Source: Ruminiclostridium sp. (GTDB lineage: Bacteria; Bacillota; Clostridia; Oscillospirales; Ruminococcaceae). Taken from it: a stretch of DNA of 64,000 nucleotides. The stretch's first letter is position 1. Each line of letters starts with the position of its first letter. The notes under the pieces are model-generated. The model had not been told where the DNA came from and searched no databases. It was given only the letters and a program-made list of their open reading frames with translations. The stretch is taken from positions 6,045 to 70,044 of the forward strand of contig JAFVBZ010000048.1 of the NCBI GenBank assembly GCA_017479645.1. Direction: 5' to 3'. Positions 45,985-55,839 of this stretch are shown one piece after another. The position numbers and the translations under genes are program-made.

Positions 45985-46815
45985 ATGAAAAACAATAAAA
46001 GGATCATTCCGGGCTTCGGGATATCAATGGGCGTAACTCTTGCGCTTTTGAGCATAATGGTTGTGATACCGCTTGCATCTCTCGTGGTGTTCACCGCGAA
46101 AATGGATTTTTCGGATATCATAAAAGTCATCACCCGCCCGCGTGTCGTCGCAAGCTTTGAGGTGACACTGCTCACCGCGTTCATCGCCTCGGTCATCAAC
46201 GCGGTAATGGGTGTGATACTTGCATGGGTGCTTGTACGCTACAACTTTCCCGGAAAACGCATACTCGACGGTATGATCGAGCTTCCGTTCGCGCTTCCTA
46301 CCGCAGTGGCCGGCATCTCTCTTACCTCGCTGTATGCGGATTCCGGCTGGATAGGCGGGATCTTTGCCCAAATGGGCATAAAGATAGCCTATACCCGTAT
46401 CGGCATAACGATCGCGTTGATATTTATAGGTATCCCGTTCGTTGTGCGCACCGTACAGCCGGTGCTCGAAAAGCTCGACCCGCTGTATGAGGAGGCTGCC
46501 GGCATACTCGGCGCAAGCCGTACCCGTACATTCCGGAAAGTGATACTGCCGGAACTGCGCCCGGCTATATTCACAGGCTTCGGGCTTGCGTTCGGACGCT
46601 GTCTCGGCGAATACGGAAGCGTCGTGTTCATCGCCGGCAACCAGCCCTATGAAACGGAAATAACGCCGCTCATCATAATGTCGGAATTACAGGAATACGA
46701 CTACTCAAGCGCCACCGCGATAGCGCTTGTAATGCTGGCTGCGGCATTCCTGATACTGTTTCTCGTGAACCTGATACAGATACGGAACTCGAAGATACTG
46801 AAAGGGGGACACTGA
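45985..46815 (+). CDS. cysT: Sulfate ABC permease CysT
   Basis: LPFALPTAVAG, PFVVRTVQPV, EEAAGILGA, GEYGSV. Confidence 0.93.
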   Translation: MKNNKRIIPGFGISMGVTLALLSIMVVIPLASLVVFTAKMDFSDIIKVITRPRVVASFEVTLLTAFIASVINAVMGVILAWVLVRYNFPGKRILDGMIELPFALPTAVAGISLTSLYADSGWIGGIFAQMGIKIAYTRIGITIALIFIGIPFVVRTVQPVLEKLDPLYEEAAGILGASRTRTFRKVILPELRPAIFTGFGLAFGRCLGEYGSVVFIAGNQPYETEITPLIIMSELQEYDYSSATAIALVMLAAAFLILFLVNLIQIRNSKILKGGH

Positions 46816-46816
46816 A

Positions 46817-47692
46817 ATGTCAGCAGAAAATAAACAGGTGATCTCCCGTGAGGGCAGCACCGACATACACGCGCAGACTGCCGGTTCAAAAGCGGTGAAA
46901 TACATATTGATAACGCTGAGTGTGGTGTTTCTGTTCGTGATGCTTGTGATGCCGCTTATAACGGTAATTTACGAAGCATTCCGCAAAGGACTTGTCCCGT
47001 ACCTTGAAGCCGTATCCGATCCCGACACGATAAGCGCGCTGCTGCTGACGCTTGAAGCAACAGTTATCGCAGTCGTGATAAATACGGTTTTCGGTTTGTT
47101 CGCAGCGTGGGCGATATCGAAATTCCGTTTTCATGGCAAGAAACTTCTCGTGACGCTTATAGACCTGCCCGTGACTGTTTCCCCGATAATCGCGGGACTT
47201 ATCTTTGTGCTGACATTCGGACGTCAGAGTGCTATATATCCGTTCCTCGAAAGTATTGACTTCATGGTTGTCTATGCAGTTCCGGGAATAATTCTTGCTA
47301 CGGTATTTGTTACATTCCCGTTTATCTCCCGCGAGATACTTCCCGTGCTTGAAGCACAGGGAACGGACGAGGAAGAAGCCGCCGCGCTCATGGGAACTAA
47401 GGGTTTCACTATCTTCCGCAGGATCACGCTCCCCCATATCAAGTGGGCGCTGCTGTACGGCATAGTTCTGTGTGCTGCCCGTGCAATGGGCGAGTTCGGA
47501 GCGGTATCGGTACTGTCCGGACATCTGCGCGGCAAGACGGTGACACTGCCCCTTCAGGTGGAGATACTTTTCGGCGACAACAAGTTCATGCCGGCATTTG
47601 CGGTATCGTCAATACTTGTGGTGCTTGCAATAGTAATACTTATAGTGCGCAGCATCGTAGAGTATATCGGAAAGAGACGAGGCGAGAAATAA
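46817..47692 (+). CDS. cysW: Sulfate ABC permease CysW
   Basis: IDLPVTVSPIIAG, EEEAAALMG, RAMGEFGAVSV. Confidence 0.93.
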   Translation: MSAENKQVISREGSTDIHAQTAGSKAVKYILITLSVVFLFVMLVMPLITVIYEAFRKGLVPYLEAVSDPDTISALLLTLEATVIAVVINTVFGLFAAWAISKFRFHGKKLLVTLIDLPVTVSPIIAGLIFVLTFGRQSAIYPFLESIDFMVVYAVPGIILATVFVTFPFISREILPVLEAQGTDEEEAAALMGTKGFTIFRRITLPHIKWALLYGIVLCAARAMGEFGAVSVLSGHLRGKTVTLPLQVEILFGDNKFMPAFAVSSILVVLAIVILIVRSIVEYIGKRRGEK

Positions 47693-48750
47693 TGTATATA
47701 GAGCTTAAAAATATCAACAAGTCCTACGGCGATTTCAAAGCCTCGGACAACGTGAATCTTGAGATAGAAAAGGGCAGGCTCGTGGCGCTGCTGGGACCCT
47801 CCGGAAGCGGAAAGACCACGATACTGCGCATGATAGCGGGACTTGAAAGACCGGACAGCGGTGAGATCATCATCGACGGAAAAGTTGTCAACGATATTCC
47901 TGCCAGCGAACGCGGGATAGGCTTTGTGTTCCAGAGCTACGCACTGTTCCGCTACATGACCGTGTTTGACAACATCGCCTTCGGGCTTAAAGTCCGCAAG
48001 ATGAACAAAGCGGCGATAAAAGAGCGCGTTACGGAGCTGATAAAGCTGATTGGGCTGGAGGGCTTCGAGAACCGCTATCCGTCCCAGCTTTCAGGCGGAC
48101 AGCGCCAGCGCGTTGCATTTGCAAGGGCTCTTGCGCCGAACCCGCAGGTACTCCTGCTCGATGAGCCGTTTGCGGCAATAGACGCGAAGGTGCGCCAGGA
48201 GCTTCGCAAGTGGCTCAAGGATATGATACACAAGCTCGGTGTAACGGGGATATTCGTTACTCACGATCAGGACGAAGCTATAGAAGTTTCCGATGAGATA
48301 ATCGTCACCAACAAAGGGCGCGTCGAGCAGTCGGGAACTCCCATTGACATATACCGCAATCCGACTACGGCATTCACCTCGGCGTTTTTCGGCGTGACAT
48401 CGGAGCTTAAAGACTATAAGGCGTTCAAGTCATTTGATGAAGTCGATGAGTACGACAGGGCGATAGTTCGTCCGGAGTTTGTAAAGATCACAAAGAAAAG
48501 CGAAGTGCAGAAATACAAAAGCTCGGCAGTCGAAGGCAGAGTCGAGACAGTTGAGTTCCGCGGAAACAGCATAGAGATCACAGTGAGCTGCAACGGCAGT
48601 ATTTTCAGCGCCCGCCGCAGTCTTGACGAACCTGCTGTCGAAGTCGGAGAGACAGTTGATGTGTTCATCTACCGGATCTTCATTACGCATGGTGACTCGG
48701 TAAAGCTGCTGAAAAACAACGCTGTCCGCGAAGAGACCGTGGTTATCTGA
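47692..48750 (+). CDS. cysA: Sulfate ABC ATP-binding protein CysA
   Basis: GPSGSGKT, LSGGQRQR, LDEPF, VTHDQDEA; TAATG overlap with cysW. Confidence 0.93.
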   Translation: MYIELKNINKSYGDFKASDNVNLEIEKGRLVALLGPSGSGKTTILRMIAGLERPDSGEIIIDGKVVNDIPASERGIGFVFQSYALFRYMTVFDNIAFGLKVRKMNKAAIKERVTELIKLIGLEGFENRYPSQLSGGQRQRVAFARALAPNPQVLLLDEPFAAIDAKVRQELRKWLKDMIHKLGVTGIFVTHDQDEAIEVSDEIIVTNKGRVEQSGTPIDIYRNPTTAFTSAFFGVTSELKDYKAFKSFDEVDEYDRAIVRPEFVKITKKSEVQKYKSSAVEGRVETVEFRGNSIEITVSCNGSIFSARRSLDEPAVEVGETVDVFIYRIFITHGDSVKLLKNNAVREETVVI

Positions 48751-48755
48751 GCGGC

Positions 48756-49850
48756 ATGAAAGCACTTGGGATAAGCTATAAAAATGCGCCGTTATCCGTC
48801 CGGGAGCAGTTCTCGTTTGATGCGCAGAAACGTGAAGCTATACGTTCGGCGCTTGGAGCTTCCGTCGTTATCTGCACCTGCAACCGCACTGAGCTTTACT
48901 TCACCGACACAGACACCGGTAAAGCTGCCGCCCTGCTCAGAGAACTGTCCGGTGCCGGCAACATTACGGAATATCTGCGTATTTACGAGGACACCGCCGC
49001 ACTGCGGCATCTGTTCCGTGTTACCTGCGGAATAGATTCCATGATACTCGGCGAGGACGAGATACTGCGGCAGGTCAAGGAAGCCTATGCGGAAGCGTCA
49101 GCCGCCGGCAGCACCGACTTTGAGCTGAACACGGCATTTCAGACTGCAATTACCTGCGCAAAGCGTATAAAGACGGAAACGACATTGTCGAAAACGCCGG
49201 TCTCGGCTGCAACTATCGCTGCAAATGAGGCTGCCCGGCTCGGCGGTAATGTGAATGTTCTGATGATAGGCGCAAGCGGAAAGATCGGTTCCTCAACGCT
49301 GAAAAATCTTCTCCCCCGCACGAACGTGCATATCACCCAGACTGCCCGCGCACATTCTGCGGGTACAGTGCAGTACGACGGCGTGAGGACTGTCCCGTAT
49401 GACAGACGCTACGACTTCGCCGACAGCGCGGACTGCATAATCAGCGCAACTTCGAGTCCGCATTTCACACTGACAAAAGAACGGCTGGGCGCAGTGCTGC
49501 ACACAAACAAGCCCCGGCTGCTGATCGACCTTGCGGTACCGCCGGATATCGAGCGGACAGTCGCCGGTATCGAGGGAGTGCGGCTTATCGGGATAGACGA
49601 TCTCGGCGAGCTTGCAAGACGGAACAACGAGTTGAAAATGTCGGCTGCGGAACAGGCGGAGCTCATAATCAGCGAGGAGCTTGACGAGCTGAAAAAAAAG
49701 CTTGCGTTTCATGCGTTCCTGCCGCATCTTGACAAAGCGCGTGAATCGGCTGAACGGCTGACATTCGGCGAACTGCTCTATAAGCTCCGGGACGGACTTG
49801 ACAGCACGCAGTTTGCGGCAGTGCTTGACGTTATGCGCGGATTGGAGTGA
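48756..49850 (+). CDS. hemA: Glutamyl-tRNA reductase
   Basis: CTCNRTE, GIDSMILGEDEI, IGASGKIG, IDLAVPPDI. Confidence 0.92.
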   Translation: MKALGISYKNAPLSVREQFSFDAQKREAIRSALGASVVICTCNRTELYFTDTDTGKAAALLRELSGAGNITEYLRIYEDTAALRHLFRVTCGIDSMILGEDEILRQVKEAYAEASAAGSTDFELNTAFQTAITCAKRIKTETTLSKTPVSAATIAANEAARLGGNVNVLMIGASGKIGSSTLKNLLPRTNVHITQTARAHSAGTVQYDGVRTVPYDRRYDFADSADCIISATSSPHFTLTKERLGAVLHTNKPRLLIDLAVPPDIERTVAGIEGVRLIGIDDLGELARRNNELKMSAAEQAELIISEELDELKKKLAFHAFLPHLDKARESAERLTFGELLYKLRDGLDSTQFAAVLDVMRGLE

Positions 49851-49854
49851 GAAT

Positions 49855-50463
49855 ATGGCATTCTTCCCTTTTTTCATTGACATTTCGGGCAGGAATATTC
49901 TGATCGTCGGCGGCGGCAAAGTTGCCTTGCGAAAGGCGGAAAAGCTGCTGCCCTTCGGCGCTGATATCGCGGCAGTCTCCCCTGCGTTCTGCGGCGGATT
50001 TCCGTCACTCGGCACGGTCTCTTTATACTGCCGTGAGTTCCGTGACAGCGACATTGACGGAGCTTTCGCGGTCATTGCCGCAACAGACGACAGAACTTTG
50101 AATGCGCATATCTACCGCATTTGTACCGAACGGAACATTCTCGTGAACACAGTTGATGACCCGGAGAACTGCGGGTTCTACTTTCCTGCTCTGGTGCAGT
50201 CCGGGAACGTGACCTGCGGCATTTCCACCGGCGGCGCAAGCCCTATATTTGCGCGTTACATAAAGGAAAAGGCTGCCGGTGTGCTTGACGGAAAAACGCT
50301 TGCGGCAGGTGAGATACTTGCGCGGTACAGACCTGTGATAAAGCGGAGATTTGACACCGAGGAACAGCGGAAATCCGTTGCGGAGAAGCTGCTGGAGCGC
50401 TGTACTGACGGCAGGGAACTGCCTGCCGATGAAGAGATCGACGAACTGTTGGAGAGCCTATGA
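49855..50463 (+). CDS. Precorrin-2 dehydrogenase / sirohydrochlorin ferrochelatase (CysG N-terminal, Met8-like)
   Basis: VGGGKVALRK, AATDD, VNTVDDP, ISTGGASP. Confidence 0.9.
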   Translation: MAFFPFFIDISGRNILIVGGGKVALRKAEKLLPFGADIAAVSPAFCGGFPSLGTVSLYCREFRDSDIDGAFAVIAATDDRTLNAHIYRICTERNILVNTVDDPENCGFYFPALVQSGNVTCGISTGGASPIFARYIKEKAAGVLDGKTLAAGEILARYRPVIKRRFDTEEQRKSVAEKLLERCTDGRELPADEEIDELLESL

Positions 50464-51314
50464 AAATTCGTATCGGAACACGAAAAAGCAAACTTGCACT
50501 GATACAGTCGGAACTCGCCGCAAGCGTAATAAAAGCGGTGTTACCGAACGCAGAGACTGAGCTTGTTCACATAACCACAAAAGGCGACATAGTGCTCGAC
50601 AAGCCGCTTGAAAAGATCGGCGGCAAGGGTGTTTTCATTGACGAGATCGAGCGCGCAATGCTCGCCGGTGAGATAGATATCGCCGTCCACAGCGCGAAGG
50701 ATCTTCCCCTTGAACTTGCTGTGGGAACCTGTATCTGTGCAGTGCTCCCCCGTGCCGATGCACATGATGTCCTTGTCACACGCAGAGGCGAGGAAATGCC
50801 GGAAAAACCGGTCATCGGAACAAGCAGCACACGGCGCGCAGCAGGGGCGCGGAAACTGCTGAAAGGCGCAGTGACAGCCGATATCCGCGGAAATGTCGAT
50901 ACCCGGCTGCAAAAACTGTATGACGGGCAGTATGACGGGACAGTGCTTGCGGCTGCGGGACTTGCACGGCTCGGCGCGTTTTCGGACGAGCGCTTTGACT
51001 ATAAGGAGATACCTTTCAGCGTACTCGTCCCTGCCCCATGTCAGGGCATTATCGCGGTGCAGTCCCGTGTCGGAGAAATTGCCGATAAACTTTGCGGGAT
51101 AGGCAACAGCGAAACATTTTACTGCTTTGAGACGGAGCGGAAAGTGCTGGAACTGCTGAATGCGGGCTGTTCGTCGCCGGCGGGCGCATTTGCGGAAATA
51201 TCCGGCGGAATGATCATGCTGACGGTAACGAAAGATCAGCAAAGGTCATTGACCGACAGCGCGGATATCACGGACAGGTTCAGACTTGCGGAAAGGCTGG
51301 TAAGTGCGCTGTGA
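50460..51314 (+). CDS. hemC: Hydroxymethylbilane synthase
   Basis: IGTRKSKLA, TKGD, AVHSAKD, GTSSTRR, RGNVDTRL, AGCSSP. Confidence 0.95.
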   Translation: MKIRIGTRKSKLALIQSELAASVIKAVLPNAETELVHITTKGDIVLDKPLEKIGGKGVFIDEIERAMLAGEIDIAVHSAKDLPLELAVGTCICAVLPRADAHDVLVTRRGEEMPEKPVIGTSSTRRAAGARKLLKGAVTADIRGNVDTRLQKLYDGQYDGTVLAAAGLARLGAFSDERFDYKEIPFSVLVPAPCQGIIAVQSRVGEIADKLCGIGNSETFYCFETERKVLELLNAGCSSPAGAFAEISGGMIMLTVTKDQQRSLTDSADITDRFRLAERLVSAL

Positions 51315-52744
51315 CAGGCTTTGTATATATCATGGGTGCTGGCTGCGGCTCGGCAGACCTTATCACAGTGCGCGGGCAGAATGCGCTGAAAAAGTGCGAT
51401 ACGGTGGTTTATGACGCGCTTATCGACAGCGCGCTTCTGTATAATGCAAGGGAAAATACGGAGCTGATATGCGTGGGAAAGCGTTCGGGTGCGCACTCCG
51501 CAAAACAGGAAGATATCAATGCTCTGCTTGTGGAAAATGCCCTTGCCGGACGCACAGTTGCGCGCCTTAAGGGCGGAGACCCGTTTGTATTCGGCCGCGG
51601 CGGCGAGGAGATCACGGAGCTGCAAAAGCACGGTATTCCGTTCTCTGTCATACCCGGGATATCATCATGTATCGCTGCCCCGGAGCTTGCCGGAATACCG
51701 GTCACCCACCGGAATATGAGCCGTGAGTTTCACGTCATAACCGCGCACACAGCGGACGGAGAGCGTGATTTTTCACAGTATGCAAATCTTGACGGAACGC
51801 TTGTTTTTCTCATGGGACTGAATGCGCTCCCGGAAATTTCGGCAGGACTCATGCACGGCGGGGTTTCTCCGGCAACTCCCGCTGCCGTAATAAGTGAGGG
51901 CGGGACGGCACAGCAGAAAGCGGTGCGGGGAACCCTCGCGGACATAGCGGAAAAAGCGGCGGGAATGCCCGCTCCGGCGGTTATAGCTGTCGGCGGGACT
52001 GCGGCGTTCGACTTTTCGTGCAGTAAGCGGCAAGGTGCGCTTTCCGGCGTTTCGGTGACTGTAACCGGCACGGAAAGATTCACGGAGAAGCTTGCCGGTC
52101 TGCTTGAGGCTGACGGTGCAGATGTAAAGCGGTACAGCCACCTGCAAATTGTCAGAAAGCAGGAGATTCCGGCGCTTGACGGGTATAGCTGTATCGCGTT
52201 CACAAGCTCTTACGGTGCGGAGATGTTCGTTGAACACTGCAAAGAAAAGCGCATAGACCTGCGCTCTCTCGCGTGCATGAAGATAGCCGCTGTCGGAAGA
52301 GGGACTGCCGGTACTCTTGCGGACGCAGGCATTATTCCCGATATAATTCCCGACAGATTCACAGTAGCCGATCTTGCCGATGCGATAGCAGACAGCACAC
52401 CCGGAAAGGTGCTGATACTGCGGGCGGCTCTCGGTTCGGAACAGCTTACGGAGCGGCTTGCAAAGCGGAATATATTATTCGATGATGTTAAGATATATGA
52501 TACTGTGAGCAGACCGGGGATACCGGCGGAGCGCGCCGATACCGACTACATCGTGTTCGGCAGTTCGTCGGGAGTTCAGCACTTTTTTGAGGGTGGAAGC
52601 ACGATATCCGGCAAAACAAAGACAGTCTGCATAGGAGTGCAGACTGCCGACAGCGTCAAAAAATATACTGACAGCGAAATTATCACCGCCGCCCCTCATA
52701 CGGCGCAGGGTGCGGCTGCTGCAATAAAAGGAGACAGGAAATGA
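51311..52744 (+). CDS. cobA: Fused uroporphyrinogen-III C-methyltransferase / uroporphyrinogen-III synthase
   Basis: GTG start; RLKGGDPFVFGRGGEE, IPGISS, C-terminal HemD FTSS and FGSSSGV. Confidence 0.92.
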   Translation: MTGFVYIMGAGCGSADLITVRGQNALKKCDTVVYDALIDSALLYNARENTELICVGKRSGAHSAKQEDINALLVENALAGRTVARLKGGDPFVFGRGGEEITELQKHGIPFSVIPGISSCIAAPELAGIPVTHRNMSREFHVITAHTADGERDFSQYANLDGTLVFLMGLNALPEISAGLMHGGVSPATPAAVISEGGTAQQKAVRGTLADIAEKAAGMPAPAVIAVGGTAAFDFSCSKRQGALSGVSVTVTGTERFTEKLAGLLEADGADVKRYSHLQIVRKQEIPALDGYSCIAFTSSYGAEMFVEHCKEKRIDLRSLACMKIAAVGRGTAGTLADAGIIPDIIPDRFTVADLADAIADSTPGKVLILRAALGSEQLTERLAKRNILFDDVKIYDTVSRPGIPAERADTDYIVFGSSSGVQHFFEGGSTISGKTKTVCIGVQTADSVKKYTDSEIITAAPHTAQGAAAAIKGDRK

Positions 52745-53703
52745 GAAGGTTCAGAAGGCTTCGCGCAAGTGAGGAAATACGCTCGCTCGTCCGCGAAACA
52801 AGACTCGGCAAAAGCGAGCTGATATACCCGATTTTCGTCATCGAAGGTGAGGGTATCAAGGCTCCTGTCCCGTCTATGCCGGGGATTTACCAATGGTCGC
52901 CAGACCGCGTTGACGATGAGCTTGACAGGGTCGATAAAAGCGGTATTTCCGGCATACTGATATTCGGCATACCGGCGCACAAAGACGAATATGCAACCGA
53001 GGCTTATAACGGGAACGGCATCACTCAGCACGCGATACGACATATAAAGGAGAAGTACCCGCGGCTGCTTGTTATCGCGGACGTCTGCCTTTGCGAATAC
53101 ACTTCCCACGGGCATTGCGGAGTTGTATGCGGTCACGAGATAGCGAACGACAAAACGCTTCCGCTGCTCTCAAAAATGGCGGTCAGCCTTGCAGACGCCG
53201 GTGCGGATATAATCGCTCCGTCTGACATGATGGACGGGCGGGTGGCTGCAATAAGAAAGGCGCTCGATGAAAGCGGTCACATCAACACGCCGATAATGTC
53301 CTACAGCGCGAAGTTCGCGTCGGGGTACTACTCGCCTTTCCGCGATGCGGCACAGTCGGCTCCCGCGTTCGGCGACCGGCGCACTTACCAGATGGACCCA
53401 GCAAACGGGCGCGAAGCGCTCCGCGAGATAGCTGACGACATCGACGAGGGCGCGGATATGGTCATAGTAAAGCCCGCGCTTGCGTATCTTGATGTGCTGC
53501 GTACAGCACGCGACAGGTTCGGACTTCCGATCGCTGCGTACAACGTCAGCGGCGAATACAGCATGGTCAAGGCTGCGGCGGCGAACGGCTGGATAGACGA
53601 AAAGCGGATCGTGCTTGAAAACCTTACGGCAATAAAACGTGCCGGGGCGGATATCATCATCACATATCACGCGCTTGATGCCGCAGAATGGATAAAAGAA
53701 TGA
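52741..53703 (+). CDS. hemB: Porphobilinogen synthase
   Basis: DVCLCEYTSHGHCG, APSDMMDG, FRDAA, YQMD, VKP, YNVSGEY. Confidence 0.96.
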   Translation: MRRFRRLRASEEIRSLVRETRLGKSELIYPIFVIEGEGIKAPVPSMPGIYQWSPDRVDDELDRVDKSGISGILIFGIPAHKDEYATEAYNGNGITQHAIRHIKEKYPRLLVIADVCLCEYTSHGHCGVVCGHEIANDKTLPLLSKMAVSLADAGADIIAPSDMMDGRVAAIRKALDESGHINTPIMSYSAKFASGYYSPFRDAAQSAPAFGDRRTYQMDPANGREALREIADDIDEGADMVIVKPALAYLDVLRTARDRFGLPIAAYNVSGEYSMVKAAAANGWIDEKRIVLENLTAIKRAGADIIITYHALDAAEWIKE

Positions 53704-54968
53704 ATACAACAAGATCATCTGAATTGTTCGCAAAAGCGAAAACTCTCATGCCGGGCGGTGTGAACAGCCCTGTCCGCGCGTTCGGGAGCGTCGGGCGCGA
53801 ACCGCTGTATATAGCCGGTTCCCGCGGTGACCGTATCACTGACGCGGACGGAAACGAATATATCGACTACGTCTGCTCGTGGGGACCCGACATTCTCGGT
53901 CACGCTCACCCGGCTGTCATTGACGCGGTGAAGAGAGCGTGCGGAAAGGGGCTTACATACGGTGCTTGTCACGAGGGCGAGATCATACTCGCCGAAAAGA
54001 TAAGGGCTCATTTCCCGTCAATGGAACTGCTTCGGCTGGTGAACTCCGGTACGGAAGCTGCGATGAGCGCAGTTCGCGCCGCACGGGGTTTCACAGGACG
54101 CGAAAGAATAGTGAAGTTTGAGGGCTGTTATCACGGACATTCCGACGGTCTGCTCGTAAAGGGCGGTTCGGGACAGCTCACAAACTCCGTTCCGGACAGC
54201 GCGGGAGTCCCGGCTGGCTTCACGGAAAACACGCTGCTTGCGCGGTACAACGATGCGAATTCGGTGAAGGCGCTGTTTGAGCATTATCCGGACAGTATCG
54301 CCGCGGTCATTGTCGAACCCTGTGCGGCAAACATGGGCGTTGTACCGCCGGAAAAGGGATTTTTGCAGTCGCTTCGTGACATTACGAAAAAATACGGTGC
54401 GCTGCTGATATTCGACGAAGTGATAACGGGATTCCGGCTGTCAATAGGCGGTGCGCAGGAGTTTTACGGCATAAAGCCGGATATGACTGCCCTCGGAAAG
54501 ATAGTCGGCGGTGGAATGCCCCTTGCGGCATACGGCGGAAAGCGTGAGATAATGGAGCAGGTAGCGCCTCTCGGCGCGGTATATCAGGCGGGAACGCTTT
54601 CCGGAAACCCGATAGCAACAGCAGCGGGAATTGCGCAGATAACGCAGATAGAGCACACTCCCGATCTGTACGCGGAGCTTGAAAGGAAGAGCGCAGTGCT
54701 TGAAGCTGCAGCAAGGAAAGCTGGACTTAACGTGAACAGGTGCGGATCGCTGATGACGGTGTTTTTCACGGATACGCAGGTCACCGGCTACGAAACGGCA
54801 CTGACTGCAAACAGAGAGGAGTACGCGAGGTTTTTCTCGTATCTGCTGGATAACGGCATCTACGCAGCGCCGTCACAGTTTGAGGCGATGTTCGTTTCAT
54901 ACGCGCACACCGATGAGGATATAGCAAAAACGGCTGAAATAATTGCACATTACAGGAAGGAGAACTGA
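53700..54968 (+). CDS. hemL: Glutamate-1-semialdehyde 2,1-aminomutase
   Basis: MPGGVNSPVRAF, NSGTEA, GCYHGH, FDEVITGFR, GKIVGGG, QAGTLSGNP. Confidence 0.96.
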   Translation: MNTTRSSELFAKAKTLMPGGVNSPVRAFGSVGREPLYIAGSRGDRITDADGNEYIDYVCSWGPDILGHAHPAVIDAVKRACGKGLTYGACHEGEIILAEKIRAHFPSMELLRLVNSGTEAAMSAVRAARGFTGRERIVKFEGCYHGHSDGLLVKGGSGQLTNSVPDSAGVPAGFTENTLLARYNDANSVKALFEHYPDSIAAVIVEPCAANMGVVPPEKGFLQSLRDITKKYGALLIFDEVITGFRLSIGGAQEFYGIKPDMTALGKIVGGGMPLAAYGGKREIMEQVAPLGAVYQAGTLSGNPIATAAGIAQITQIEHTPDLYAELERKSAVLEAAARKAGLNVNRCGSLMTVFFTDTQVTGYETALTANREEYARFFSYLLDNGIYAAPSQFEAMFVSYAHTDEDIAKTAEIIAHYRKEN

Positions 54969-54969
54969 T

Positions 54970-55833
54970 ATGGCAGTTGATTACTCGACACTCAAAAAAG
55001 GCGGATTTATGCGCCAGAAGCAAAAAGACAATTTCTCGCTGCGCTTGCGCGTTGTCGGCGGCAATGTCACCGCGGAACAGCTTGCGAAGATAGCGGAGGT
55101 AGCCGAAAAATACGGCGACGGTCACGTTCATCTCACCTCGCGCCAGAGCATCGAGATACCGTTCATCAAGCTCGCTCAGATCGACGAAGTGAAGAACGCA
55201 CTCGCGGAGGGTGATGTACAGCCCGGAGTCTGCGGTCCGCGCGTTCGCACCATTACCGCCTGTCAGGGAAGTGCTATTTGCCCCAGCGGGTGCATCGACA
55301 CCTACGCACTTGCGAAAGAGCTTGACGAGCGGTACTACGCTCGGGAGCTTCCCCACAAGTTCAAATTCGGCATAACCGGCTGTCAGAACAACTGCCTCAA
55401 AGCGGAGGAAAACGATCTCGGCATAAAGGGCGGCCTTAAAGTGACATGGAAGGAAGCGGACTGCATACACTGCGGAGTCTGCGAAAAGGTCTGTCGTTCG
55501 CAGGCTATAACCGTGCAGGACGGCAGGATCACCGTTGACGAGGGCAAGTGCAACTTCTGCGGACGCTGCATCAAGTCCTGCCCCACGGACGCATGGGACT
55601 ATGTCAGCGGTTACATCGTATCATTCGGCGGACTTTTCGGAAACAGCATCGCAAAGGGTGAACCGATCGTTCCGTTCATCGAGGATCACGACACGCTTAT
55701 GCGGGTATGCGACGCGGCGATAGAGTTTTTTGCGGAGAACGCAAAGCCCAGCGAGAGGTTTCGTTTCACACTCGAACGGGTGGGGCAAGACAAGTTCCGC
55801 GAAGTTATCTTAAATGCAATTGAACGGAAATAA
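54970..55833 (+). CDS. Small siroheme sulfite reductase with inserted 2x[4Fe-4S] ferredoxin (AsrC-like architecture)
   Basis: HLTSRQ, CQGSAICPSG, GCQNNC, CIHCGVCEKVC, CNFCGRCIKSC. Confidence 0.85.
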   Translation: MAVDYSTLKKGGFMRQKQKDNFSLRLRVVGGNVTAEQLAKIAEVAEKYGDGHVHLTSRQSIEIPFIKLAQIDEVKNALAEGDVQPGVCGPRVRTITACQGSAICPSGCIDTYALAKELDERYYARELPHKFKFGITGCQNNCLKAEENDLGIKGGLKVTWKEADCIHCGVCEKVCRSQAITVQDGRITVDEGKCNFCGRCIKSCPTDAWDYVSGYIVSFGGLFGNSIAKGEPIVPFIEDHDTLMRVCDAAIEFFAENAKPSERFRFTLERVGQDKFREVILNAIERK

Positions 55834-55839
55834 CATCAA